DNA of 64,000 nt. Origin: a candidate division WOR-3 bacterium. Lineage in GTDB: Bacteria; Hydrothermota; Tepidihabitantia; Tepidihabitantales; Tepidihabitantaceae. How positions within the stretch are numbered: position 1 is the stretch's first letter; every line of letters begins with the position of its first letter. The stretch is from positions 17,466 to 81,465 of the forward strand of contig CBFGJV010000007.1 of NCBI GenBank assembly GCA_965649205.1, read 5' to 3'. Below are positions 29,905 through 39,489 of this stretch, piece after piece. The notes below the pieces were generated by a model that searched no databases, was not told the DNA's origin, and worked only from the letters and a program-made list of their open reading frames with translations. The position numbers were made by a program, and so were the translations under genes.

Positions 29905-30759
29905 ATGTTCTGGCAGGCGCTAAAGACACAGTTTTTCAGTCCGGAGAAACTCGTTGATTATGCAGTCAGGGCCATTCAGATAGTTCTGGTCTTGGTAGGA
30001 GCCTGGTTGGTTTATCTGGTGGTTAGTAGAATTCTGCGTCGGGCGCTAAGTCGGGCACAATTGCACGAGCGACGGGCAAGAACGCTTCTGTCTCTTATTC
30101 AGAGTCTGCTTGGTTACGGTATTCTATTTGTGGCTATCGTACTGGTATTGCGCATTCTGGGAGTAGATTATACGGCGATCCTGGCCGGAGCGGGTGTGGT
30201 GGGTCTGGCGGTAGGTTTTGGCGCGCAGACGCTGGTGCGAGATTTTATATCAGGCTTTTTTCTTCTTTTTGAAGATTTGATTAGCGTAGGGGACTTTGTC
30301 ACGGTAGGCGACATTTCCGGCACGGTGGAAAGAGTGGGATTAAGGATAACTCAACTGCGGGGTTTTGACGGTACCCTGCATGTGGTGCCCAACGGAGAGT
30401 TGACCAAGTTTGGTAATGCTAATCGCGGTTTCTGCCGGGCTCTGGTAACGGTGGATATGGCATACGAGCAAGATACGCAGAAAGGGCTTTCTCTGGCCGC
30501 GGAGGCGGCAAGGCGGTGGTATGAGGCCAATAGAGAATTGGCTCTGGAACCGCCAGAGGTTCAGGGCATAGTGGCTTTTGGCGAATCGGGTGTGAGAATC
30601 CGGGTGGTGGCGAAAGTGCAACCTATGCAGCACTGGCAGGCCGAACGTTCCTTGCGTCTGGTTCTAAAGGAAGCCTTTGATGCCGCGGGGATTGAGATAC
30701 CTTTTCCGCGACGGGTGGTGTATGCCAGACAGGAAAAGTCTGGTACTACCCACGGTTGA
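29905..30759 (+). CDS. Mechanosensitive ion channel, MscS family
   Basis: Three N-terminal TM helices and an MscS beta domain (DFISGFFLLFEDLISVGDFV...GTVERVGLRITQLR). Confidence 0.8.
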   Translation: MFWQALKTQFFSPEKLVDYAVRAIQIVLVLVGAWLVYLVVSRILRRALSRAQLHERRARTLLSLIQSLLGYGILFVAIVLVLRILGVDYTAILAGAGVVGLAVGFGAQTLVRDFISGFFLLFEDLISVGDFVTVGDISGTVERVGLRITQLRGFDGTLHVVPNGELTKFGNANRGFCRALVTVDMAYEQDTQKGLSLAAEAARRWYEANRELALEPPEVQGIVAFGESGVRIRVVAKVQPMQHWQAERSLRLVLKEAFDAAGIEIPFPRRVVYARQEKSGTTHG

Positions 30760-30774
30760 GCTCTGCCGGTTATT

Positions 30775-31188
30775 CTAGTCTGACAGGTGGTTTTCCCTGG
30801 CCGAATCGGTCCGGTCGGCTTCGGCTTGAAGACGATGTAGTTCCTCGTCGGTCAGCCCGAAGTAGTGACCAACCTCATGGATTACCACCTTGCGAACGAG
30901 AGCGCGTACTTCGTCTTCGGTACGGCACTGACGTTCTATCGGAACTTGAAAAATAAGAATGCGGTCAGGCAGAACATTGCCGTACCAGGGACCGCGACGC
31001 GAGAAGGGCACACCTTGATACGCACCTAGCAACTGCAGCGGGTGATGACCCAGCTGCTCGGCCAGAGCTGGAGGGGCGTAGGGCATCGTCTCAATTCCAA
31101 TGTTTTCGAATCTCCTGCGGAAGTACTCGGGAATTCCAGCTACTGCTTCTTCTACTAGCTCGGCGAATCGCTCCGGACTCAGCTTCAC
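30775..31188 (-). CDS. Zincin-like metallopeptidase-fold protein (DUF1025-like)
   Basis: HEVGHYFGLTDEELH is an HExxH motif in a short zincin-like protein; 137 aa. Confidence 0.5.
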   Translation of the reverse strand: MKLSPERFAELVEEAVAGIPEYFRRRFENIGIETMPYAPPALAEQLGHHPLQLLGAYQGVPFSRRGPWYGNVLPDRILIFQVPIERQCRTEDEVRALVRKVVIHEVGHYFGLTDEELHRLQAEADRTDSARENHLSD

Positions 31189-31242
31189 CTTTCTCTGCCT
31201 CCAGTTTTTCTGCCTGTCATTTACTCAGAAATTCCGAACGGT

Positions 31243-31971
31243 CTAAGTCGCCTGATCTCTGGGGCCGAAAATTGCGGTGCCTATGCGAATGATGGTGGCT
31301 CCCTCCTCGATGCCCTGTACGAAATCAGACGACATTCCCATAGACAGATGCGGAAGGGGAATCGAAAAACGTTGCCGCAGTGTTTCTGCTAGCTGGCGCA
31401 GGAGTCGAAAGCAGGGCCGGGAAGCTTCCGGGTCTTCTACCGCCCAGCCCGGGCCGATGGTCATCAGGCCTACCAGATGCAGTTTGTCTAACTGTAAAAC
31501 AGTTTCAACGAGCTCATTGAGCTTTTCTGGAGCAACACCAAACTTTGTTGGCTCTTTGGAAGTATTGACCTCGATAAGCACGTCCATAGTAGTGGCCATC
31601 TGTTCACACCGTTTCTGCACTACAACGGCAAGGTGCGGAGAATCAATGCTTTGTAAGACGGAAAATAGTTCCAGAGCCTTCTTGACTTTGTTGGTCTGGA
31701 GATGTCCAACAAGATGCCAGGTGGCCGGAAGGGTCACTAACGGCTTTTTGGCCGCTGCTTCTTGCACGCGGTTCTCTCCAATGTTGGTGATGCCGGCTCG
31801 AATCGCAGCGGTGATTTCCTCGGGGGTGCGGGTCTTGGAAACGGCTACCAGGGTAATTTCCTGTCGCTGTCTTCCTGAGCGGTGGCAGGCGGCGCAAATC
31901 TTCTCTTCTAGTCTCTTTACGTTTTCGGCAATACTCACGCCAGAGTATAAAGCGGGAACTAACCTAATCAA
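31243..31971 (-). CDS. yggS: YggS-family pyridoxal phosphate homeostasis protein
   Basis: Alanine-racemase-N-like fold with the PLP lysine region ([14 protein letters not shown]) and a YggS-like C-terminus ([25 protein letters not shown]). Confidence 0.8.
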   Translation of the reverse strand: MIRLVPALYSGVSIAENVKRLEEKICAACHRSGRQRQEITLVAVSKTRTPEEITAAIRAGITNIGENRVQEAAAKKPLVTLPATWHLVGHLQTNKVKKALELFSVLQSIDSPHLAVVVQKRCEQMATTMDVLIEVNTSKEPTKFGVAPEKLNELVETVLQLDKLHLVGLMTIGPGWAVEDPEASRPCFRLLRQLAETLRQRFSIPLPHLSMGMSSDFVQGIEEGATIIRIGTAIFGPRDQAT

Positions 31972-32645
31972 GATTCGGCTGGCGTGACCTTACACGTGAA
32001 AGAAAGTGTGGCTTGTTTCAGGCGTACTCAGGAAAAGGGACTGCGATTAGGGCAAAGGTGCGGGGAATAACAGGCAATATACCGAACGAGGTGACTATTC
32101 AGGTGAAGGGAGAGGTGGTAGAGGTTGGCGGTTTGCAGACTGGAACCAGAACTTAAGAGGAGCAGGGAGCGGTACCGGTGGCAGCATTAGCTAGCCGAGC
32201 AGAAAGGAGGGCTATTGAGAAAGCACAGGAGGAAGTCGGGCGGAGGGTAACAGACAGAATGATATAAGAAGTCGAGGGGGGAGCCGCCTGGGGAACGGCT
32301 CGGGGGCAGCCCCCCGGCTGGGGATACCTGCAAAGCGGTTATTATCTAACTAAGTGTAAAAATGGGAGTTAGTCAGTTGTTATCGCGAGGGTGGGTACTT
32401 TGAGTTTCATGGTCATGATCGTTCATCAGTATGCTCAACTTGAGTAAAGGGGTATGGCCTGCAGTTTTGTCGGGGAATCAGGCCGGTAGGATAAGTAGGA
32501 TAAGTCCTAGCAAAGCTGATTCGGGAAGAAATAACAGGCGGGGTTGCCGGTGGGACGGTAAGGCTGGGCCTGTATTTTGGTTGCTTGACAGAACGGACTA
32601 GACGGCTATCTTGGGCAGCAGATGCATACAGAATCGCACCGGCCA

Positions 32646-33575
32646 ATGAAGGTAGCAGCGCGAACTTCTCCTCGGGAGGATGGACGGGAAGCGACAAGAG
32701 TTTCCAGCTGGCGTAGGAAGAAGATAGGTATTATTGGCGCAGGCCGGGTAGGAAGTGCGCTGGCAGTACACTGCAAGCGTTTGCGCCTTCCGCTTGTTGG
32801 AATTGCGGATAAGCGGAGTAAGCAGGCCTGGGTGGTTTACAGTTTGTTGAAAATACCATATCAGAGATGGAAACCAAGCGAACTGGCGGCCGGCAGTGAT
32901 ATTCTTTTTCTTACTGTTCCGGATGGGCAGATAGAACCGTTGTTCTTGGCTATACGCAAGTGTTTACGGCACGGAACGTTGGTGGTGCACTGTTCCGGAG
33001 TGTTGGGGGTGGATGTGTTCAAGGGCGCGCAGGAATTGGGAATTGAAACACTGGCTTTGCATCCCATACAAAGTTTTTCCAGTCATGCAGAGGCAATTCG
33101 CACCCTACCCGGTTCTTTCTTCGCCTTGGAGGGAAGCCGAGCTGGTCTGGCTTATGGTCGCAGACTGGTGCGGCAGCTGGGTGGAAACTGCGTTGAGGTA
33201 GCCGCTCCCGATCGGCCTTTATACCATGCGATGTGCGTATTTGCCTCAAACTTCGAGAATGCACTGGTGGATGCGGCAGAAAGTATTGCAGCCCGTCTGG
33301 GAATCGGCCGCAGGAGGGCAGCGAAGATGCTGGCGCCGCTGATGCGAGCAGTGCTGGATAATGCCGTGAGCTACGGTGCGCTGGCGAGTTTGACTGGACC
33401 GGTGCAGAGAGGAGATGTGAAGACTGTGGCCCGGCATCTGCAGGCGCTGTCGTCGCGGGCACCGGAGCTGGTTCCTCTGTATCGGGAGTGCTCTCTGCGT
33501 CTGCTGGACATGGCACGACGGCAAGGGTTGGATAGCAAGTCGGCATGGGAAATCAGGGCCTTGCTGCGGGGCTAG
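32646..33575 (+). CDS. Rossmann-fold NAD(P)-binding oxidoreductase, DUF2520 family
   Basis: KIGIIGAGRVGSALA dinucleotide-binding motif with a DUF2520-like C-terminal half. Start taken at ATG 32646 (ATG 32622 also possible). Confidence 0.55.
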   Translation: MKVAARTSPREDGREATRVSSWRRKKIGIIGAGRVGSALAVHCKRLRLPLVGIADKRSKQAWVVYSLLKIPYQRWKPSELAAGSDILFLTVPDGQIEPLFLAIRKCLRHGTLVVHCSGVLGVDVFKGAQELGIETLALHPIQSFSSHAEAIRTLPGSFFALEGSRAGLAYGRRLVRQLGGNCVEVAAPDRPLYHAMCVFASNFENALVDAAESIAARLGIGRRRAAKMLAPLMRAVLDNAVSYGALASLTGPVQRGDVKTVARHLQALSSRAPELVPLYRECSLRLLDMARRQGLDSKSAWEIRALLRG

Positions 33576-33594
33576 AACGAAAAGAAAGACTGCA

Positions 33595-34647
33595 GTGAAT
33601 AGAAAAGCAGCTGTGTTATTGCTGGTTGGGGCGATATTGTGTGGTGTAGGAGGATGTGCTAAGAAGATGTTGCCTCCCAGTCCGGACAGGTTTACCCCGA
33701 ATCTGGAGGAAATAGTTACCCGCAATCGGGTCCGGCTGGAATTGAGGTTTGACGAGGATTTGGATCCAACACGGATTTCTGCCGACAGCTTTACTATTCA
33801 AGGACCAGAAGGCAGATCTTTGACGGTAAGAGTAGCCACGGCCGGTCGCAGGACCGGAACGGTGGAACTGTGGACAGAGCCTCAGGAGCCGGTTCTGTAT
33901 CGCATCACAGGGACGGTAGCGGATAGAGCAGGCAATATCCGCAGGTTCAATAGCCGTTTTCGAGGGTCGGCAAGAATGGATACGATTGCTCCCCGGGTGT
34001 TGAAGATTACTCCGGAGCCGGGCAGTGCAGGCAGGCGCAGACCTATTGTGAGGATAGATTTCAATGAACCGGTGGATACCGCCCCGGGTCTTTCTTTCTT
34101 GTTCGTGCCCGCAGCCGCAGATAGTTTTTTCCATACTCGCTGGGAACCTGATGGGCAGACGGTGATATGGCAGTTGGGGGAAAGAGGAGAGGGCGGGAAA
34201 GATTCGACTTTAGGAGGGAGGGATTCTGTTGCTGATGTGCGCGCGATACTTTCCGGCGTTATCTATTTTGCGCTTCTGCCCGGGGTAACTGATTTGGAGG
34301 GTAACCGCAGCGAAGAACCAGTTTTTACTTATTTTACGGCTGATTCGGCGTTATCGGCTCTGCCGGTGAGGGGGCGGGTAGTGTCTTCTACAAGTTGGCA
34401 GGTTGCTTTGGTGTTTTTTTATTCTCCGATCAGTCCCGGTTTGGCAGTGGTGCGAGCAGACGGCTCTTTCTCGACTGTTTTGGCGGCCGGGAAGTATAGA
34501 GTGTGGGCTGCGGCGGATGAAAATGGAGATAATCAGGCAGAGCTGGTCAGCCCGACAACAGAGTTTGCTACCGAGCAGGAAAGTCTTAATCTCCATCTGC
34601 AATATTCCGAAACGCGTAAACCGCTTGCTGCCTACAGGCAGCCGTAA
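33595..34647 (+). CDS. Lipoprotein with bacterial Ig-like (SbsA/Big_5-type) domains
   Basis: Signal peptide with a lipobox-like LCGVGGC, followed by two Ig-like segments. Confidence 0.45.
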   Translation: MNRKAAVLLLVGAILCGVGGCAKKMLPPSPDRFTPNLEEIVTRNRVRLELRFDEDLDPTRISADSFTIQGPEGRSLTVRVATAGRRTGTVELWTEPQEPVLYRITGTVADRAGNIRRFNSRFRGSARMDTIAPRVLKITPEPGSAGRRRPIVRIDFNEPVDTAPGLSFLFVPAAADSFFHTRWEPDGQTVIWQLGERGEGGKDSTLGGRDSVADVRAILSGVIYFALLPGVTDLEGNRSEEPVFTYFTADSALSALPVRGRVVSSTSWQVALVFFYSPISPGLAVVRADGSFSTVLAAGKYRVWAAADENGDNQAELVSPTTEFATEQESLNLHLQYSETRKPLAAYRQP

Positions 34648-34660
34648 GTGGGTTGTGTCT

Positions 34661-36637
34661 ATGGATATCATTTTGACCGGATTACTGCTGCTGCTGGCGG
34701 TGGCGATGTACTTCCGCAACCTGCGCGAGGCGGGTTGGCTGCTGGTGCTGCGGTTATTGGTAGTGCTGCTTCTGGCGGCAATACTTTTAAATCGTACTCT
34801 CAGCTTTCATTGGCGGGTAAAACCGGGAAAGGTGGCGGTGCTGATTGACCGTTCTCTGAGTATGGTGCACGGCCGGGCTGATATACTGGCAGTCGCCGCG
34901 GCCCGACGTTTTCCGGTGCCGGCCGGACTGGCAACCGAGTGGTGGGAGTTTGCTGACGGTGTCTGGAGGACGAGGTCTTTGCGTGCCGAGCCGGTGGCTA
35001 CAGGTGATACGGCAGGCAATCGCCGTACGCGGCTGGGGCCGGCGCTGGCAACGATCATCAGGACTAGACCCGCAGCCGTGGTGGTAGTGAGTGACGGCCA
35101 AGATAATGGCGAGCTGAGCCCGGTGCAGGTGGCAAGGAACAGTGGTGTTCCCATCTATACCGTGGGGTGCGGGGTCACGGGGTTACGTAATGTAGAGGTG
35201 ACGGGGCTGCAGGTACCGCCGGTGGTCTATGCGGGCGATACCTTCACCGTTACCGGCCGGATACGTTATTCTGGTTTTCGTTCTGAGCCGGCAACAGCCC
35301 GGGTTGGACAGAAGGTTATAGCTCTTACTTTGGGCGAAGAGACAGCAGAGCAGGAGTGCAGTTTCACTCTGACCGCGGAGGGTATCGGCTACCAACTGGT
35401 GCGGTTCCAAGTGGACACTCTTCCGGACGAATTTGCTTATGCTGATAACTACGCAGAGACAGGGGTAGAAGTACTACCAGGTCGTATCCGGCTGGCGTAT
35501 GTTACCAACCGGCCTAGCCCGCAGACGCGGTTTGTGACTGATGTCATCAGACGGGAACCCAGGATGGAGTTGGCGCAGGTAGTAACACAGCCAACTGGAA
35601 GTTCCAGTGTTGCTGAGGCTGATGTTTATGTGCTAGACAACGTGAACGAGCCAGACTGGTCGACAGCCCAGAGGGACTTGCAATATCTGGTACACAAAGT
35701 GGAAAACGGCGCTGGGGCGTTGATTTTGGCCGGACCTGACTTTTTTCCTGTCCAACTGTTGCGAGAGTTGCTGCCCAGTGGTGCAGGTGTGAATAGAAAA
35801 CAGGGTAGCTTTCTTCCGCAGCTAGCCGAGGCGGGCAGGGTGTATTCCTGGCTTGCTGGTATTCGCTTCGAACGGTTGCCGCCGTTTGGCGAATTATTTG
35901 AGCCGGTCATAAATGGTCAGACTGAAGTCTGGGTGACCACATCTGAAAATGTCTTGCCGGTGATTATGGCCTACCGGGTAGGCAAAGGAAGGGTGGTGTA
36001 CGTGGCCGGACATCCTTTGTGGCGATGGGGTTTTGGTGCAGATATCCAATCGAGGAATGAGAGTCAACTCAGTATGTTTATTGTTGGTGCGGTTCGTTAT
36101 CTGGCGGAAAGGGAAAGACAACTGTTTCGTATGGTAACTGACAAATCCACTTATCTGCGTGGAGAGCCAGTGCGGGTGACGCTACATGCCTTGACGCCTG
36201 ACGGCTCGGCCTGGGTTGGACTGGATGCAAATCTGTGGGTCGATTCTATCCGACAGCTGCCCATGCGGGAGAGGGCAGCTGGCGCATATGAAGCCAACGT
36301 GGCCGCACTAGTTCCTGGCTACCATACCTTACGGGCCGAAGTCTTTCTGGGTGATTCACTGGTGGGAACCGCTGCTGTTTCTTTTGCCGTGTCCGCACGC
36401 GAACTGGAATTGTCCCGGTTGGGTCTGGACCGGCAGATGCTTGTCGCATTAGCCGAAGCGAGTGGAGGTCAATATTTTAGATGGGATAGTCTGCCGCCTG
36501 AAGGCTTTGCACTGGCGCAGGCTTCCTACCGTCGCAGTCTGGCATTCGAGCCGAGAAGAAGTTTCTGGGTCTATGGGTTGGTGGCTGTCCTCCTGGGGGC
36601 CGAGCTGGTACTGCGGAGGAAGAGAGGTCTATTGTGA
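34661..36637 (+). CDS. BatA-like membrane protein: N-terminal double-transmembrane anchor plus a von Willebrand factor A domain and a large C-terminal extension
   Basis: ATG at 34661. Two TM helices then a MIDAS-like DRSLS motif (VAVLIDRSLSMV), SDGQDNG and TVGCG VWA motifs, and a C-terminal TM helix. The ORF-track start at 34403 overlaps the upstream gene. Confidence 0.55.
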   Translation: MDIILTGLLLLLAVAMYFRNLREAGWLLVLRLLVVLLLAAILLNRTLSFHWRVKPGKVAVLIDRSLSMVHGRADILAVAAARRFPVPAGLATEWWEFADGVWRTRSLRAEPVATGDTAGNRRTRLGPALATIIRTRPAAVVVVSDGQDNGELSPVQVARNSGVPIYTVGCGVTGLRNVEVTGLQVPPVVYAGDTFTVTGRIRYSGFRSEPATARVGQKVIALTLGEETAEQECSFTLTAEGIGYQLVRFQVDTLPDEFAYADNYAETGVEVLPGRIRLAYVTNRPSPQTRFVTDVIRREPRMELAQVVTQPTGSSSVAEADVYVLDNVNEPDWSTAQRDLQYLVHKVENGAGALILAGPDFFPVQLLRELLPSGAGVNRKQGSFLPQLAEAGRVYSWLAGIRFERLPPFGELFEPVINGQTEVWVTTSENVLPVIMAYRVGKGRVVYVAGHPLWRWGFGADIQSRNESQLSMFIVGAVRYLAERERQLFRMVTDKSTYLRGEPVRVTLHALTPDGSAWVGLDANLWVDSIRQLPMRERAAGAYEANVAALVPGYHTLRAEVFLGDSLVGTAAVSFAVSARELELSRLGLDRQMLVALAEASGGQYFRWDSLPPEGFALAQASYRRSLAFEPRRSFWVYGLVAVLLGAELVLRRKRGLL

Positions 36638-37398
36638 GCACAGCAAAGAAAGCCCGACCTTGGAGTTGCAGTTTTCAGTTTCGCGCGTGGATTTCAACCG
36701 TTGTCTTTCTGGGCGTATTTCTTACCCTGGGGGGAACAGGAAAAGCTTCAGAAAACGTAGATGAGCCGAAGAGGGTAGTAGTCTGCACCGAGTCGTCAGC
36801 GGTCCATCTTGGTTTTGGAGCCAAGTTGGCGCTGCGCCTCAGAGAGCGGGGCATAACCCCGGAGCTGGTGGTTACTGCTATTGCCATGTTGCCGATTGTG
36901 GAATTGCGAGGTGCGGTGCCTGTGGGTATTAACTTGCTAGGTATGCCGTGGTACCGGGCAGTGTTGTTTGCTGTGGTTGGCAATCTGCTGCCTATTCTAT
37001 TCATCCTGTTCATGCTGGAGCGGCTGGTTGCGTGGCTGGGTAGACTGCCTCTGTTGCGCAGATTTTTTGACTGGCTGTTTGCCCATGCTAAACGGAGAAG
37101 CGGCGTGATAGAGCGGTATGAGTTCTGGGGCTTGGTGGTATTTGTCGGCATACCTTTGCCCGTGACCGGCGCCTGGACCGGTTCGATTGCTGCGGTCTTG
37201 TTGGGTTTCGGTTATGGCCGAGCTTTGCTGGCGCTTACGCTTGGCGTCCTGATTGCCGCCGCGATAGTTACAGCGCTTTCCCTGCTGGGTGCATGGGGAG
37301 CGCTGATCGCCTTGGCTGTATTGGCGGCATTAGCTGGCAATGCGGTTTTGTCGGGCAGGAGGCGGGGAAAGAAGGGCATGGCAGACCAGCGGCAATAA
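36634..37398 (+). CDS. Small membrane protein, PF06695-like (putative small multidrug export family, COG2426)
   Basis: ELRGAVPVGINLLGMPWYRAVLFAVVGNLLPILFILFML core with four predicted TM helices. Start uncertain. Confidence 0.45.
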   Translation: MSTAKKARPWSCSFQFRAWISTVVFLGVFLTLGGTGKASENVDEPKRVVVCTESSAVHLGFGAKLALRLRERGITPELVVTAIAMLPIVELRGAVPVGINLLGMPWYRAVLFAVVGNLLPILFILFMLERLVAWLGRLPLLRRFFDWLFAHAKRRSGVIERYEFWGLVVFVGIPLPVTGAWTGSIAAVLLGFGYGRALLALTLGVLIAAAIVTALSLLGAWGALIALAVLAALAGNAVLSGRRRGKKGMADQRQ

Positions 37399-37400
37399 TT

Positions 37401-39392
37401 CTACCTGCCCAGTTTTTCCAGAAACATTCTGACCTTGGTTGCTTCCTGCGCGTCCGGAGCTGTGTTCAAGTAAGCCTGCAGGTAATGCCGAGCACTGTCC
37501 GGTTGTTCGGCGTAGAAGAACACTATCCCCTTGTTTTCTATTGCGCTGGCATATTCTGGGAAGTAGCGTAAGGAGAGATTGAAATCGGCCAGAGCCTTGG
37601 CGTGGTCTCCAACGCGGAAGTACAGAATGCCTCTGCGGTTGGCCGCGGCCGCGAAACGACGACACAAGTCCTGTGATTCTTTTTCGCGGAATAATCTCGT
37701 ATTGTATCGTTCCGGGCCGGGAAAGGTAAAGTTTGAGGGAATGTAGAGAGAGTCAGCTGCAGAAGCGGGTAACAGCCGATAAGTTAGCCCTTGCATCTGC
37801 AGACGGAATTCATGCCACGACTCTGGCCAGGACTGGAAATCTGCCGGCATCCAGAAAATCGGTCGGGTAGTTATCCATTCCTGTACCAGAAGAAATTTTA
37901 CTTCCTGCGTCGTGTTCTTAGCCAGTTCGCCAAAGCGGGCACCGGTTGCTTGACTCTGCCAGAGTCGTCGGGCAAGAGCAAAGGCGGGTTCGGGTACGAC
38001 TGCACGTTTGCTCAGAGCTTCCAAATACCAAGGGAAAGCCAGCAAGTGTTCGTTCACTAGCAGGAATTGTTCCCGGTCCTGTTCGGTAAAGAGCCAGCGT
38101 AATCCTTGGGTAGTACTGTATTCATCTGTGAACAGGATTGAACCTGCGGGTATTTCTCTGAGCAGCGAGCTACTCAAGTCGCGCAGGCCGTGCAGATGGC
38201 GCCGGTTGTGGACCGGATAATGGAGAATCAGTGGCAGCAGATGCAGGGCGAAGCCAGCTGCAAGAAGCCATTTTCTTTTCCGCCGATTGATATAAGCAAA
38301 TCCCAAGCCGATGAGAAGGACAAGGGCAAAGTAGGCGGGCAGGAAAAATCCTTCCTTGTCAGGAATGTTGTAGGCGAGAGCAAAGCCGGTACAAAAGACA
38401 AAGCTTAAGACCAGAGCCAGACAGAGTCTTTTGTTCTCTTTGAAACAGCAATATATCCCCGGAAAAAGAAAAAGCCAGGAGGCAAGGAACTGTTTGGCCA
38501 ACAGTCCGGGCAGCAGACTAAGTTGGTTGGCAAAATAACCCGGGACCCCGCCTTCAAGTCGGTAGCGATAGGTCCGGCTGGTGACAAATTCGTACCAGTC
38601 AGAAAGACTGTCAACCCCTCCCCAGCCTCCCAGCTGATCAGGTCGGGAGAGAAACGGCAAGGTAGCATACAGAAAGGGACCGACCAGCAGCAGAAGCAGG
38701 AGAGTTAGAATCTGTACACGTCCTAAGCGGAAAGTGGGATGCATAGTTGTCAGCAGGAGAAGCCCGGGCAACCAGAACAGTATTGTCAGGTGATTAGCCA
38801 TACCCAGTCCGAAGGTGAAAGCAGCCAGAGTTAGGAGTCCTAGTGCAGAGCTGGTGGAACCACGGGTGGAGTCACCACTGGTGGCCGCTGGCATTGGACG
38901 CGAGTGGACAATTCCAGGGACAGCCCAAGTTGTAACCGCATAAACGCAGACGGACAGAAGAAACGCATTCAAGGCATAGACCTCGAGAGCAGTAGCCTGG
39001 TTCCAGAGTTCGAAAGAGAAACCCCAGGCCAGAGCGGTAAAAAGTCCGGCCCAGCGGTTATTGGTCAAGCGGACGAGTGTCAGATATGTGAACAGACAAG
39101 AACCGGCTGCGGCGAGAGACGAAAACAAGTTCATCCGGAATGGCATTGACAGTAGAGGGATAAATGACAAGACCCGGAGGAGAAGGGTCAGTAATGGATA
39201 GCCTGGCGGGTGAGCCATACAAAACAGACGCCCGCACAGCATCAGTTCAGTGGCGTCGGTCCAATAGATGTCCCGGCAGGCGGTCGCCAGATACAAAAGG
39301 AAAGGTATGAAAAAAGAGCCGAACGGAGGGAGACTTTGGAAGATAGAAGACCGGGTAGTCTTGGCAGCGAGTGCCAGACCAAAGCGTTTCAC
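37401..39392 (-). CDS. DUF2723-family (TMEM260-like) multi-pass membrane glycosyltransferase-like protein with a C-terminal TPR region
   Basis: N-terminal signature TDATELMLCGRLFCMAHPPGYPLLTLL, at least 10 TM helices, and a TPR-like C-terminal ~120 aa. Confidence 0.6.
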   Translation of the reverse strand: MKRFGLALAAKTTRSSIFQSLPPFGSFFIPFLLYLATACRDIYWTDATELMLCGRLFCMAHPPGYPLLTLLLRVLSFIPLLSMPFRMNLFSSLAAAGSCLFTYLTLVRLTNNRWAGLFTALAWGFSFELWNQATALEVYALNAFLLSVCVYAVTTWAVPGIVHSRPMPAATSGDSTRGSTSSALGLLTLAAFTFGLGMANHLTILFWLPGLLLLTTMHPTFRLGRVQILTLLLLLLVGPFLYATLPFLSRPDQLGGWGGVDSLSDWYEFVTSRTYRYRLEGGVPGYFANQLSLLPGLLAKQFLASWLFLFPGIYCCFKENKRLCLALVLSFVFCTGFALAYNIPDKEGFFLPAYFALVLLIGLGFAYINRRKRKWLLAAGFALHLLPLILHYPVHNRRHLHGLRDLSSSLLREIPAGSILFTDEYSTTQGLRWLFTEQDREQFLLVNEHLLAFPWYLEALSKRAVVPEPAFALARRLWQSQATGARFGELAKNTTQEVKFLLVQEWITTRPIFWMPADFQSWPESWHEFRLQMQGLTYRLLPASAADSLYIPSNFTFPGPERYNTRLFREKESQDLCRRFAAAANRRGILYFRVGDHAKALADFNLSLRYFPEYASAIENKGIVFFYAEQPDSARHYLQAYLNTAPDAQEATKVRMFLEKLGR

Positions 39393-39489
39393 GGCGGGAT
39401 TCTAAGACAGGCTGAGATGCAGTCAAGGCAAATTGACTCCGACAGGTGGTAAGTGTATTATCATAGTAAACTAACTCATTCTGTTGGTG

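Noticed and set aside
32270-32320. ZTP (pfl) riboswitch-like CCGCCUGGGG element
   Set aside because: The upstream UGGCG / ACCGGGGAGC sub-domain and linker are missing, and the downstream gene is unrelated to purine or folate metabolism.
32040-32330. Possible RNase P RNA (GGAAGUCGGGCGGAGG and GGUGCGGGG resemble P4 and P10-12 fragments)
   Set aside because: The segments occur in the wrong order relative to bacterial RNase P. The P4 3' strand and the CR-II/CR-III consensus are absent. Treated only as an unexplained structured region.
34403-34660. 5' extension of the BatA-like ORF overlapping the Ig-like lipoprotein gene by about 250 nt
   Set aside because: Overlap is in a different frame from a gene with a good signal peptide. 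An in-frame ATG at 34661 sits right where the double-TM anchor begins.
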